Positions 54,463 through 64,000 of a stretch of 64,000 bases of DNA are shown piece by piece. Both the position numbers and the translations under genes were made by a program. The notes beneath the pieces were generated by a model. It worked only from the letters and a program-made list of their open reading frames with translations. It did not search any database and had not been told where the DNA came from. Within the stretch, counting starts at the first letter, position 1. Each line of letters opens with the position of its first letter. Source of the DNA: an uncultured Chloroflexia bacterium (GTDB lineage: Bacteria; Chloroflexota; Anaerolineae; B4-G1; SLSP01); NCBI GenBank assembly GCA_963751345.1, contig CAVVUS010000030.1, forward strand, positions 224,001 through 288,000, in the 5' to 3' direction.

Positions 54463-55338
54463 ATGGAGTGGCTAGAGGTCAGCGTCCGTGTCAATCACGA
54501 GGCGGCCGAGGCGGTGGCCGAAGTCCTCAGCCGGTATGTGCCGGAAGGGGTAGCACTCGACCTGGACCCCGATGCCACGAATGATGCGCCGGTGACGGTC
54601 AAGGCCTACCTCGCCGTCGATGACGACGTCGCCACGCGCCGGCGCAAGATCGAGGAAGGGCTCGGGCACCTCAGCCACATCTGGCCGGTGATCCCTTCCC
54701 CGACATTTGCCACGATTCCCGACCAGGACTGGACGGCGCGGTGGAAGGCGCAGATCAAGGTTCTGCATCTCGGCCAGCGGGTGGTGATCAAGCCCTCCTG
54801 GCGGTCGTACGTCCCCAAGAAAGATGAAATCGTCCTGGAGATGGACCCGGGGATCGCCTTCGGCACGGGCCTCCATCCCACCACCCAGCTCTGCATCGCG
54901 GCCATCGAGGAGCTCACACAAGCGGACTCGACCCTCCTGGACCTGGGCACCGGCACGGGTATCCTGGCGATGGTGGCAGCACGCCTGGGGGCGCGGCATA
55001 CATTGGCCGTCGACATCGATCAAAACGCCGTTATTGCAGCCCGAAGGAATGTGCTGGCGAACGGGCTTGGCGAACGGATCACGGTGCGCGAGGGTTCGCT
55101 GTCTGACGTCGAAGGTTCCTATGACCTGGTCATGGCCAACATCCTGGCGCCGGTGATCATCGAGATGGCGGGCGAGGGCCTGGCGGAGCGCGTCCGACCC
55201 GGAGGAACCGTGGTGTCATCGGGCATCCTCGGCGAGCAGGTCGATGAGGTCGTCGTGGCCCTGCAGGCGCACGGTCTCCGCGTGACCGAGCGACACCTCC
55301 AGGGGGAGTGGGCAGCGCTCTACGCGACCCCGTCGTAG
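54463..55338 (+). CDS. prmA: Ribosomal protein L11 methyltransferase
   Basis: DPGIAFGTGLHPTT, LDLGTGTGIL, ANILA. Confidence 0.95.
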   Translation: MEWLEVSVRVNHEAAEAVAEVLSRYVPEGVALDLDPDATNDAPVTVKAYLAVDDDVATRRRKIEEGLGHLSHIWPVIPSPTFATIPDQDWTARWKAQIKVLHLGQRVVIKPSWRSYVPKKDEIVLEMDPGIAFGTGLHPTTQLCIAAIEELTQADSTLLDLGTGTGILAMVAARLGARHTLAVDIDQNAVIAARRNVLANGLGERITVREGSLSDVEGSYDLVMANILAPVIIEMAGEGLAERVRPGGTVVSSGILGEQVDEVVVALQAHGLRVTERHLQGEWAALYATPS

Positions 55339-55377
55339 CCCTCTCTCGCTTTTCGGCCCACGTATCCGCGGGCAACG

Positions 55378-55406
55378 TTATCCACATTTCCGCGAAGTTA
55401 TCCACA
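55378..55406 (+). promoter_or_regulatory. Two perfect DnaA boxes
   Basis: TTATCCACA at 55378-55386 and 55398-55406. Confidence 0.7.
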
Positions 55407-55516
55407 GTCACGACGCCGCAGGAACCTGCAGCTCGGGCGAGCGCGTGTCTTTCCTGATGCCCCCTCTCGTGGTACAATGACGCCTGGCAAAAAGGAGTAA
55501 CCTGACCACAGATAAT

Positions 55517-57109
55517 ATGAATACCGTAGCCGAACAAGTTGATACGGATATGACCGATACAACACAATCGATCGTCGACAATCTGGACTCGATGATGCAA
55601 GTTCTCCCACCGGAGATTCGCGAGGCCGTGAACGCCGTGAACCGGCGGGACGACCTTCTCGAGGTCATCCTGGATCTCGGGCGTGTGCCGACGGCCCGCT
55701 ACACCGATAGGGAAGTCGTGTTACGAGAGCGCGAGGTCACACGTGAGGATATTGATTGGGTCGTAGACCGGATCGGAGAATTCGATGCCGACAACCGTGC
55801 GGGCATCACCCGTACGCTGCACCGAATCGCCGCCATCCGCAACCGCAAGGGACAGGTCGTGGGCCTGACGTGCCGCGTAGGACGCGCAGTTTTCGGAACG
55901 ATCACGATCATCAAGGACTTGATCGAATCGGGCAAGAGCGTCCTTTTGTTGGGACGCCCCGCCGTCGGGAAGACGACCATGCTACGCGAGGCCGCCCGCG
56001 TACTGGCGGAGCACAAACGCGTCGTGATCGTCGATACGTCCAACGAGATCGCCGGGGACGGTGATATTCCACACCCGGCCATCGGCAAAGCTCGGCGGAT
56101 GCAGGTTTCCCTGCCCACCCTCCAGCACGAGGTGATGATCGAGGCTGTGGAGAACCACAACCCCGAGGTCATCGTGATCGACGAGATCGGTCGCGAGCTC
56201 GAGGCCACCGCCGCCCGCACCATCGCCGAGCGCGGGGTGCAACTCATCGCAACCGCTCACGGCAACACACTGGACAACCTGCTGCTGAACCCGACGCTGT
56301 CCGACCTCGTCGGCGGCATCGAGAGCGTGACGCTCTCGGATGAGGAAGCACGTCGCCGCGGGACGCAGAAGACCGTCCTGGAGCGGCGAGCGCCGCCGAC
56401 CTTCGACATCCTGGTAGAGCTGCAGGACCGGCAGCGTCTCGTCGTCCATAAGGACGTCATGGAAGCCGTGGACGCCCTGTTACGCGGGCGCTCGCTTCCC
56501 GAGGAATTGCGCTATCGCGACGGAACGGGGCAGATTCACATGGAGCAGATGCGATCCGAGAGCCCCGATCAGGAGCCGCTCGATTACATGGACCTCGCCC
56601 GCGGGGCGCCGGTGACCGCCACAACAGGCCGGGAACACCGGACGCTCCAGGAGAAACGCATTTTTCCCTTTGGCGTAGCGCGCAACCGACTGCTCCACGC
56701 CGCCCAGGATCTCCACGTGCCGATTCGGGTTGTGGATAACCTGAAGGAAGCGCAGATCTTCGTGACGACCAAGCAGTACTACCGGAAGCGACCACGCGCA
56801 ATCACGGATTCAGAGCGCCGCGGCGTTCCGATCTACGTCTTGCGGGCCAACACGTTGGCCCAGTTGGAGACATTCCTGAAGGACACGTTCAAGCTCGCGG
56901 ACGATGACACAGACGCGCTCTCACTGGCGATGAACGAGGCCGAGGACGCTATCGGCCGGGTGCTCCAGGGAGAGCACGCCGTCAACCTCGCCCCGCAGAA
57001 TGCCTTCATCCGCCGCTACCAACACGAGATGGCGAAAAAGGCGCACCTCATCTCACGCTCCACCGGCGAAGAACCTTATCGCAGCGTGCAGATCTTCCGC
57101 GAGGGCTGA
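55517..57109 (+). CDS. SpoIIIAA/Ycf45-like AAA ATPase with C-terminal R3H domain
   Basis: LDLGR, RTLHRI, GRPAVGKTT, DTSNEIAGDG, IDEIG, ATAHG, RRYQH. Confidence 0.9.
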   Translation: MNTVAEQVDTDMTDTTQSIVDNLDSMMQVLPPEIREAVNAVNRRDDLLEVILDLGRVPTARYTDREVVLREREVTREDIDWVVDRIGEFDADNRAGITRTLHRIAAIRNRKGQVVGLTCRVGRAVFGTITIIKDLIESGKSVLLLGRPAVGKTTMLREAARVLAEHKRVVIVDTSNEIAGDGDIPHPAIGKARRMQVSLPTLQHEVMIEAVENHNPEVIVIDEIGRELEATAARTIAERGVQLIATAHGNTLDNLLLNPTLSDLVGGIESVTLSDEEARRRGTQKTVLERRAPPTFDILVELQDRQRLVVHKDVMEAVDALLRGRSLPEELRYRDGTGQIHMEQMRSESPDQEPLDYMDLARGAPVTATTGREHRTLQEKRIFPFGVARNRLLHAAQDLHVPIRVVDNLKEAQIFVTTKQYYRKRPRAITDSERRGVPIYVLRANTLAQLETFLKDTFKLADDDTDALSLAMNEAEDAIGRVLQGEHAVNLAPQNAFIRRYQHEMAKKAHLISRSTGEEPYRSVQIFREG

Positions 57110-57130
57110 TTTGGGGCGGCGCTGACACCG

Positions 57131-57766
57131 ATGCGGGGTACGTTCATCACCTTCGAGGGGCCGGAAGGCAGCGGCAAGACCACACAGTTGAGGCTGCTGG
57201 CGCCGTGGCTGAGTGTACACGGCATCGACCCCATCGTCACGCGCGAGCCGGGCGGAACGCGCATCAGCGAGGCGATTCGCTCCGTGCTCCACGATCCCGG
57301 TCACACCGAGATGACGGCGGAGACAGAGATCCTGCTCTACTCTGCCGCCCGCGCCCAGCTCGTTTCCCAGGTGATCCGGCCCGCGCTCGAAGCGGGAAAG
57401 GTCGTTCTCTGCGACCGCTACTATGACAGCACCTATGCCTACCAGGGCTATGGACGAGGGCTTCCAATGGAAGCCCTTCGTCTTATTACGGGCTTCGCCA
57501 CACAGGACTTGGTGCCCGACCTGACACTCTACCTCGACGTGCCCCCCGAGATCGGTCTGCAACGGCGGGAAGATGGCGGGGAGGAGATGAACCGGTTGGA
57601 TCGCGAGGCCCTGGACTTCCATCGCCGCGTTCGTGAGGGCTATCAGGCCATGATCGGGGAAGACCCATCGCGCTGGCGAACCATTGACGCTACCGGCCCT
57701 GTGGATGAGATACAGTCGGTGATCCGAGGGGTAGTGATGGAGAGGGTGGAGAGAAGAGAAGAATAA
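57131..57766 (+). CDS. tmk: Thymidylate kinase
   Basis: FEGPEGSGKTTQ, TREPGG, DRYYDSTYAYQGYGRG. Confidence 0.96.
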   Translation: MRGTFITFEGPEGSGKTTQLRLLAPWLSVHGIDPIVTREPGGTRISEAIRSVLHDPGHTEMTAETEILLYSAARAQLVSQVIRPALEAGKVVLCDRYYDSTYAYQGYGRGLPMEALRLITGFATQDLVPDLTLYLDVPPEIGLQRREDGGEEMNRLDREALDFHRRVREGYQAMIGEDPSRWRTIDATGPVDEIQSVIRGVVMERVERREE

Positions 57767-57852
57767 AGAATGGAGAGAATAGAAGAATGCGGATTGTCCC
57801 TATTCTTCGGTTCTCTATGCTTGCATTCTGCATTCTCCGATTCCTGATTCCG
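57745..57852. repeat. Degenerate 7-8 nt tracts in inverted arrangement
   Basis: (AGAAT)n purine tract followed by an (ATTCT)n tract. Confidence 0.55.
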
Positions 57853-57869
57853 GCGGGAGGAGGTCCCCT

Positions 57870-58727
57870 ATGTTAGAATCCGTAACCGTCGCCGTGGCGC
57901 AGATGAATCCCCAGCTCGGGCGACCCGAACACAATCGCGCACGCCTGCGAGAGCTCCTCGTCGAGGCGATTGCCCACGGTGCGCGCCTTACGGTTTTTCC
58001 GGAGTGTGCCACGACCGGCTATGGGTTCGCGGATCTGGCGAGCGCCGAAGCCGTGGCGGAACCCGTGCCGGGCCCCACGACGGAGGCCCTCACAGAGGTT
58101 TGCCGGCAGCACAGGAGGGATGATGGCGGGCCCTACGTCGTCGCCGGCCTGCTGGAACGCACGGGGGACCCCAAGGTCGTCTATAACAGCGCCGTCCTCA
58201 TAGGGCCGGAAGGCATGGTCGGGCTCTATCGCAAGGCCCACCTTCCCTTGCTGGGTGTGGATCGCTTCACGACCCCAGGGGACACCGGTTTCCAGGTCTG
58301 GGAGACCGAGATCGGGCGAATCGGGATCATCATTTGCTATGACCTGCGCTTTCCCGAGGCGATGCGCGTCCTGGGGCTGTCGGGCGCGGATATCATCGCG
58401 CTGCCCACGAACTGGCCCGATGGCTCTCAGAATGCCCCACAATTCGTCACGCGCACCCGCGCGCTCGAAAACCGCGTCTTCGTCCTCGCCTGCAATCGCT
58501 GCGGCGAGGAAAGCGGCTTCTGGTTCTTCGGGCACAGCCAGATCACGGACCCGCGGGGAACCGTCCTGGCAGAAGCGGAGGCCGACGAGGAGATATGCTA
58601 TGCCGACATCGATCCGGCCCAGGCGCGCCAAAAGCGTATCGTCCTGCGCCCCGGCGAGTTCGAGCTCGACACCTTCGGCGACCGCCGTCCGGATTTGTAC
58701 GGCAGAATCAGAAGAATAAAGAATTAG
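57870..58727 (+). CDS. Carbon-nitrogen hydrolase (nitrilase family)
   Basis: E-K-C triad: [19 protein letters not shown]. Confidence 0.93.
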   Translation: MLESVTVAVAQMNPQLGRPEHNRARLRELLVEAIAHGARLTVFPECATTGYGFADLASAEAVAEPVPGPTTEALTEVCRQHRRDDGGPYVVAGLLERTGDPKVVYNSAVLIGPEGMVGLYRKAHLPLLGVDRFTTPGDTGFQVWETEIGRIGIIICYDLRFPEAMRVLGLSGADIIALPTNWPDGSQNAPQFVTRTRALENRVFVLACNRCGEESGFWFFGHSQITDPRGTVLAEAEADEEICYADIDPAQARQKRIVLRPGEFELDTFGDRRPDLYGRIRRIKN

Positions 58728-58745
58728 AGAATGAAAGACAGAAGA

Positions 58746-59524
58746 ATGGAGGCCCAACGCGTGGCCACTCACAAGAACTACATCATCGACATGGACGGCG
58801 TCCTGGTACGCGGCAACACGCTCATTCCCGGTGCCGGGACCTTCATTCAACGCATGAAGGATGCGGGCGTCGAGTACCTCGTGCTCACCAACAATCCACT
58901 CTACACACCGGGGGATCTGGCGCACCGCCTGCAGGCCGTCGGGCTGGACATCCCGGCGAACGGATCTTTACGTCAGCTATGGCGACCGCGCGGTTTCTTC
59001 AGAGCCAGCGCCCCAACGGCACCGCGTACGTCATCGGCGAGAGTGGGTTGACCGAGGCCGTCCACCACGAGGGCTACGTCATTACCGATATCGACCCGGA
59101 CTACGTCGTGCTGGGCGAGACCCATACCTATAACATCGCCCAAGTTACCAAAGCCGTCCGGCTCGTCGTCGCGGGGGCGCGCTTCATTGCCACCAATCCC
59201 GACACCTCGGGCCCCTCAGAGCACGGGATCGTGCCGGCGTGCGGGGCTATGGCCGCCCTCATCGAAAAGGCGAGTAACAAGTCTCCCTTCTTTGTGGGCA
59301 AACCCAACCCGCTGATGATCCGCACCGCCCTCAACTACCTGGGCATCCACTCGGAGGACACGATTATGGTCGGCGACCGCATGGATACCGACATCGTCGC
59401 GGGCGTCGAAAGCGGCATGGAGACCATCCTGGTACTCACCGGTGTCACGACGCGCGAGGGCGTTGAGGCGTTCCCCTTCCGTCCGACCCGAATCGCGGCC
59501 TCGGTCGCGGATATCGAAGTGTAA
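58746..59524 (+). CDS. nagD: HAD-IIA hydrolase, NagD-like, frameshift near 58955
   Basis: [27 protein letters not shown]. Confidence 0.9.
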
Positions 59525-59550
59525 CCGGCGATCTCGGACACGCGACGTGC

Positions 59551-59601
59551 GTAGGACAGGGGAGACCTGGAACGCGATGTTCCAGGTCGCCCCTGTCCTA
59601 C
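59551..59601. terminator. Long GTAG...CTAC hairpin between convergent genes
   Basis: GTAGGACAGGGGAGACCTGGAAC-GCGAT-GTTCCAGGTCGCCCCTGTCCTAC. Confidence 0.7.
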
Positions 59602-59629
59602 AGGATTACAGCACGTGGTGGAGGATCGT

Positions 59630-60310
59630 TTAGCCCGCGCCCCCATCGCCCTTCGGGGCTCCGTCCAGCGATACCAGCCCCTCCCGCAAGGCGTACAGCG
59701 CCGCCTGCACCCGATTTGCCAGGTACAGCTTGCCCATAATGTTGCTGACGTGCGTGCGCACGGTCGCCGCAGTGATATTCAACTGCTCGGCAATCTCCTG
59801 ATTACTCAACCCTTGGGCCACTAGGAGCAGTACCTCCACTTCCCGTTCGGTCAGTGGTTCGGGCGTGGGGGGCCGGTCTGAGGTATCAGAGATCTCCTGC
59901 AGGACCTTGCGAGCGATGACCGGGTGCAGCGACGATTCCCCGCGCTGCATCTGGCGAATCCCCTGCACAAGGTCTTCCGGGGCAGACTCCTTGAGGAGAT
60001 ATCCCCGGGCACCGGCCTTGATGGCCGGAAGTACCTTCTCATCGGTGGCAAAGCTGGTCATCACGAGGATGCGGCTCTCCGGCTGCCGTGCCTTGATTTG
60101 GCGGGTAGCCTCAATGCCGTCCATCCGGGGCATAGCCAAGTCCATCAGAATCACGTCAGGGTGGAGCCGGTCGGCCTGAACTATGGCCTCCTGCCCGTCG
60201 GCAGCCTCCCCCACTACCTCAATGTCCGGGATCTCTCCCAGCAAAGCGCGGATGCCTTTGCGGACGATGGTATGGTCATCCACAATCAGAATGCGAATCG
60301 TTTGACTCAT
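59630..60310 (-). CDS. NarL/LuxR response regulator
   Basis: IVDDH, DVILMDLAMP, LTEREVEVL, TVRTHVSN. Confidence 0.95.
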   Translation of the reverse strand: MSQTIRILIVDDHTIVRKGIRALLGEIPDIEVVGEAADGQEAIVQADRLHPDVILMDLAMPRMDGIEATRQIKARQPESRILVMTSFATDEKVLPAIKAGARGYLLKESAPEDLVQGIRQMQRGESSLHPVIARKVLQEISDTSDRPPTPEPLTEREVEVLLLVAQGLSNQEIAEQLNITAATVRTHVSNIMGKLYLANRVQAALYALREGLVSLDGAPKGDGGAG

Positions 60311-62494
60311 AAGACCTCCTCATCGTCCTCAAGGGCGACGGTTACCGTCACAGTCGTGCCGTGCCCGGGCCGGCTGTCCACTGTCACTTGACCTCCGATC
60401 TTGGCAGCCCGCGCCACGAAACTGCGCAGACCCATCCCCCCGGTGGTCGGAGCGAGGCTCGGATCAAATCCGGCGCCGTCATCGCGCACCTGGAGCCGGA
60501 TGACCCCGTCCGTGAACTGCAGCCGCAGCGTCACATTTTGCGCCCCGGCGTGCTTCATGACGTTGTTGAGGGCTTCTTGCGCGATCCGGTAGAGTTCCTG
60601 TTCGATCCCAATCGGCAAGCGGCGCTCGCCCTCAACCTCGAATTCGGTATGCACGCCGGCACGGGTCTCGACCGCCGCCAGCCGGACGCGCAGGGCCGTC
60701 ACCAGCCCTTCCTGTTCAAGAGCGGGCGGGTGCAGTTCAAAGATCAGCAGCCGCATATCGTACATCGCGCTCCGCGCCGTGTCGCCCAATTCATGTAGGT
60801 GTTGCAGGGTCACATCCCCCTTGCCTGCCGTCAGGGCCAGCGCTGCCGCATCCGCGTAGAGCGCCATGCTGTAGAGCGATTGCACGACGGAGTCGTGCAA
60901 CTCACGCGCCAGGCGCTGCCGCTCCTCCAGCACTGCCACCTGCCTGGCCTGCTGATTGAGCCTGGCGTGCTCGATGTTGATGGCGGCTTGATTGGCGAAG
61001 AGGCCAATAATCCGGATGTCGTCTCGCACAAAACCACCGGGCTTGTCCAGGACTTCGAACACGCCGATGGCATCACCATTCGCATGCAGCGGCACGGCCA
61101 GGAAAGATGTGGGGCGCGCTCCCTGCAAATACTCAATCGACTCGCCGGCGGGCGAGTTGGTCAAAAAGGGTTCGTCGCGGCGCACCACGATGCCGGCGAG
61201 AGATCCAGCGACAGGAATCCGGTCAAAGAACTTGGGGGCCGTCCCACTGACGTAAGTTACGTGCAGCCAGGCCTCGTCCTCCAGGAGCAAGACCGCACTC
61301 CTAACGGCGCCGGTCAGTTGCTGGGCTTCGGCACAGACTATCTCGAGCACCTCCTCCGGGCCGACCTTGTGGACCAAAGCGGCTGCCACCCGCTGGAGCC
61401 CCAGGCTTTCTTCCAGACGCTGGCGCGTTTCGGCGTACAGACGAGCGTTATCCACAGCCAGCGCGACCGAGTTGGCAATACCCCAGACCAATTCTATCTC
61501 GTCAGAGTGTAAACTGGCGATAGTCGCTGGAGGTGCTGAGCACGGCAAGTCCCAACACCTTGTCACTCACGCGGATAGGCACAGCCAACACCGATTTGAC
61601 GCCCCAGGCCTGTGCCATCTCCTGGCTGATCCGGGGATCGTCCGCCGCGTTCACCCAGGCCATCGGCAACTGACGGTCCAGCGCCTCCTTGGCCAAGGAG
61701 TCGATCACCGGATCCAGATAGCGCTCACGCGAGTCCCTGCGGCCCTCTTCAGCCGGCCCGCGAACCACCTGGGGCACGAGCACCTCCCGCTCAGGATCAA
61801 GCAGATAGATGCCGCAGTACGGCACGTCCACAGCGGTAGCCAAGGCATCGGCCACTTGCTCCAGCACCTGGGCCGGTTCCAGCGCGCTGTTAGCCATCTG
61901 GGCAGTGTGCAGCATCAAGGCAATATGCTGTTGCGCGCGGATGAGGTCGGCGTTGAAGGTGGCGGAGGTGCCAATGAGTTGTTTGTGCTCCCAACCCAGC
62001 GTCGCCAGCATTTGGGCCAGGCGGGCTTGCGCTGTCAAAACCACCCGCAGACGATCTTCGGCGATGACAGGCACCTGCCGGAGGGCTTCCAGGTACGCCT
62101 GGGCGTCAACCTGCAATGCCTCGGCCTGTCGGCGGGACTCAGCCTCGTCGGGGGGCGCATACAGGAATTGGCCCATGAACAAGGTGGCGACGTGTTCGCC
62201 TCTTACCGACACCGGCATCGCACAGTTCAGCAACCCGTGCTCGCACTGATGCACCACCATGGTGTCACCGTCTCGGAGATGGCTGAAGAGGTAGTCATCG
62301 CTGTAGGGGCAACGGCCCTCGGCCCCTGCGGGTAGGTGGTGAAAGCGGGAACAAATATCTTGCCAACCCACGGCGCACAACACCTTGCGCTCCGTATCCA
62401 GCAGAGCGGTAGGTACGCCGGCGACGCTGTACCACGACTGCATGACTTGCTGAAAGCCGGGCAGATCTACCAGCTCAGAAAAGGGATACTGCAT
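60307..62494 (-). CDS. PocR-GAF-GAF HisKA_3 sensor kinase, frameshift near 61510
   Basis: WQDICSRFH...CEHGL PocR motifs; ERQRLARELHDSV, EALNNVMKHA, DDGAG. Confidence 0.88.
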
Positions 62495-62712
62495 CGGGCG
62501 ACTCCTCTCATTTCTCCTGGTCGCGAACGCGGGGGCGAAAGACATCCACTGCTTTGCCGGGATGGCAGACCCCACGGCCACCATTGTATACCCAACGAGG
62601 CGGTTCTGCCTCAATGATTGGCGTAAACCCGTCTCCACACAATACGGAGCACGCTCACACTCGTGTCATCTGAATGTGGAGCGACTAATCTACACAACGC
62701 CGATGACTAAGG

Positions 62713-63600
62713 TCACCCCTCATACGCAACCTTCAATGCACGCTCGGTCACGCCCTCGTAGACACGCTCCATCTGGTCGCGGAATAGCGAGGCCTTGACG
62801 AAGCCGGGAAGGCCAACCCGTTTCAGCAACGCAAACTCAACCTCGGGCTCGGCGATATGGACGGTGTAGTCTGCCAGGGCATCGCGCGTCCCCCAGAAGC
62901 GGTCAAGAGATTCCTCAAGGGGAGGCGGCGGTTCGACTGCATCAGCCTGTGCCTCAGCCAGGGCTTCCGTCGGTGCTGTCGCATTTGCCCGCCGCTCTCG
63001 CAGTGCTGCGGTCACCTCGCCCTGGTCGCGCCCACGCAGTTTGAAGAGCAGGAAGGGATCTGCATCAAAGCGCTCGCCCAGCAGATAGTAGACAGCGGCA
63101 ATATGCTTGCACGGGTTCGCCCAGTCGGGGCAGGAGCAATCCGTCACGAGGTCGTTGGACGAGGTAGGGAAAAGCGGGACCCCAACGGCGTCGAAGACCT
63201 GCTCCACCTCCGTGGGCATCTCCCCGTTCAGAAGTTGCGCGGAGAAGATCGCCTGCGCTGCCAGCGCATCGATCACCGCATCCCACTGGGTATCCGTCAA
63301 CGGCTTGAGCTTGATCTGCACCTTGTACGGCGTGGGACGTGATCCCTGCACGCGTGCGGAGACCTGTCCGGGCACTACGTCAATGTTGAGAACCTGGCCC
63401 CGCCGCGCGTAGCTGCGTCCTCGGCTCAGGCGAGCTGAGTCCACCAACGCCGTCAGCGCCTTGATCCAGCGATTGGCCCACCAGTTCTGGACGAAGGCGC
63501 CCTTTTGGCTCTTGGCCTTGATGCCGTCGACTTCTATGGGTCGCGAGGGCTCATACTGAGGCCAGTAGTTCTCGTAATAGCTCGATCGTCTCCGCGTCAT
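62713..63600 (-). CDS. SWIM zinc-finger protein
   Basis: RLSRGRSYAR, VQGSRPTPY, CSCPD...CKH, DPFLLFKLRG. Confidence 0.92.
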   Translation of the reverse strand: MTRRRSSYYENYWPQYEPSRPIEVDGIKAKSQKGAFVQNWWANRWIKALTALVDSARLSRGRSYARRGQVLNIDVVPGQVSARVQGSRPTPYKVQIKLKPLTDTQWDAVIDALAAQAIFSAQLLNGEMPTEVEQVFDAVGVPLFPTSSNDLVTDCSCPDWANPCKHIAAVYYLLGERFDADPFLLFKLRGRDQGEVTAALRERRANATAPTEALAEAQADAVEPPPPLEESLDRFWGTRDALADYTVHIAEPEVEFALLKRVGLPGFVKASLFRDQMERVYEGVTERALKVAYEG

Positions 63601-63609
63601 CCGTTCACC

Positions 63610-64000
63610 TCACTCCTCGCTCAGGGTGATGACTGCGCGCAGGTCGTCGGTGCTGAGATCGGTCAGCCAGCCCTCGCCGGCCCCGACGACGCTCTGAGCC
63701 AGCGACTTCTTGCTCTCGATCAGGGCATCAATCTTCTCCTCCAGCGTCCCCGCACAGATGAACTTGTGCACCTGCACGTCGCGCGTTTGGCCAATGCGAT
63801 AGGCGCGATCCGTAGCCTGATCCTCCACAGCCGGATTCCACCACCGATCGAAGTGGAAGACGTGGTTAGCAGAGGTAAGGTTCAACCCGGTGCCACCGGC
63901 CTTCAAGGAAAGAAGGAAGATCGGCGGGCCCTGCGGAGACTGGAAGCGCGCCACCATCTCGTCACGCCGCTTCGACGGCGTTCCGCCGTGCAGATAGAGC
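63610..64000 (-). CDS. SNF2-family helicase, C-terminal part (partial)
   Basis: [41 protein letters not shown]. Confidence 0.93.
   Translation of the reverse strand, partial: LYLHGGTPSKRRDEMVARFQSPQGPPIFLLSLKAGGTGLNLTSANHVFHFDRWWNPAVEDQATDRAYRIGQTRDVQVHKFICAGTLEEKIDALIESKKSLAQSVVGAGEGWLTDLSTDDLRAVITLSEE

Noticed and set aside
55378-55406. Replication origin (oriC)
   Set aside because: Only two DnaA boxes, no AT-rich unwinding element, and no dnaA or dnaN nearby.
62713-64000. SNF2-SWIM pair as a novel defence system
   Set aside because: This is a widespread known pairing, truncated here, with no additional linked genes visible.

Overview
High-GC (~65%) bacterial chromosomal window. Gene content and style suggest Chloroflexota/Anaerolineae (inference). 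About 20 genes carry single-base frameshifts, most likely long-read assembly errors. Most of it is housekeeping: rarA, upp, scpA, an ECF transporter, asnS, rnhB, uvrA, CIRCE-controlled hrcA-grpE-dnaJ-prmA with no dnaK, tmk, tRNA-Gly and tRNA-Ile2(CAT), two-component systems, glycosyltransferases and a giant GH13. Accessory patches include an AbiEi/AbiEii pair, a Fic protein, a cluster of gene fragments at 36-38 kb and many GTAG-type REP/MITE hairpins. The most unusual signal is a ~350-400 bp element present twice, at 12460-12860 (+) and 36630-36987 (-). Each copy has a TTGATT/TATAAT promoter, a LexA-like operator, an RBS+ATG, and three ~21-nt direct repeats (ATTACGAAACGAACCCATTTT) at a 70-81 nt period with variable spacers and hairpins. 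It is a candidate SOS-inducible repeat-array RNA or miniature element. Coordinates were counted by hand; no database searches were run.
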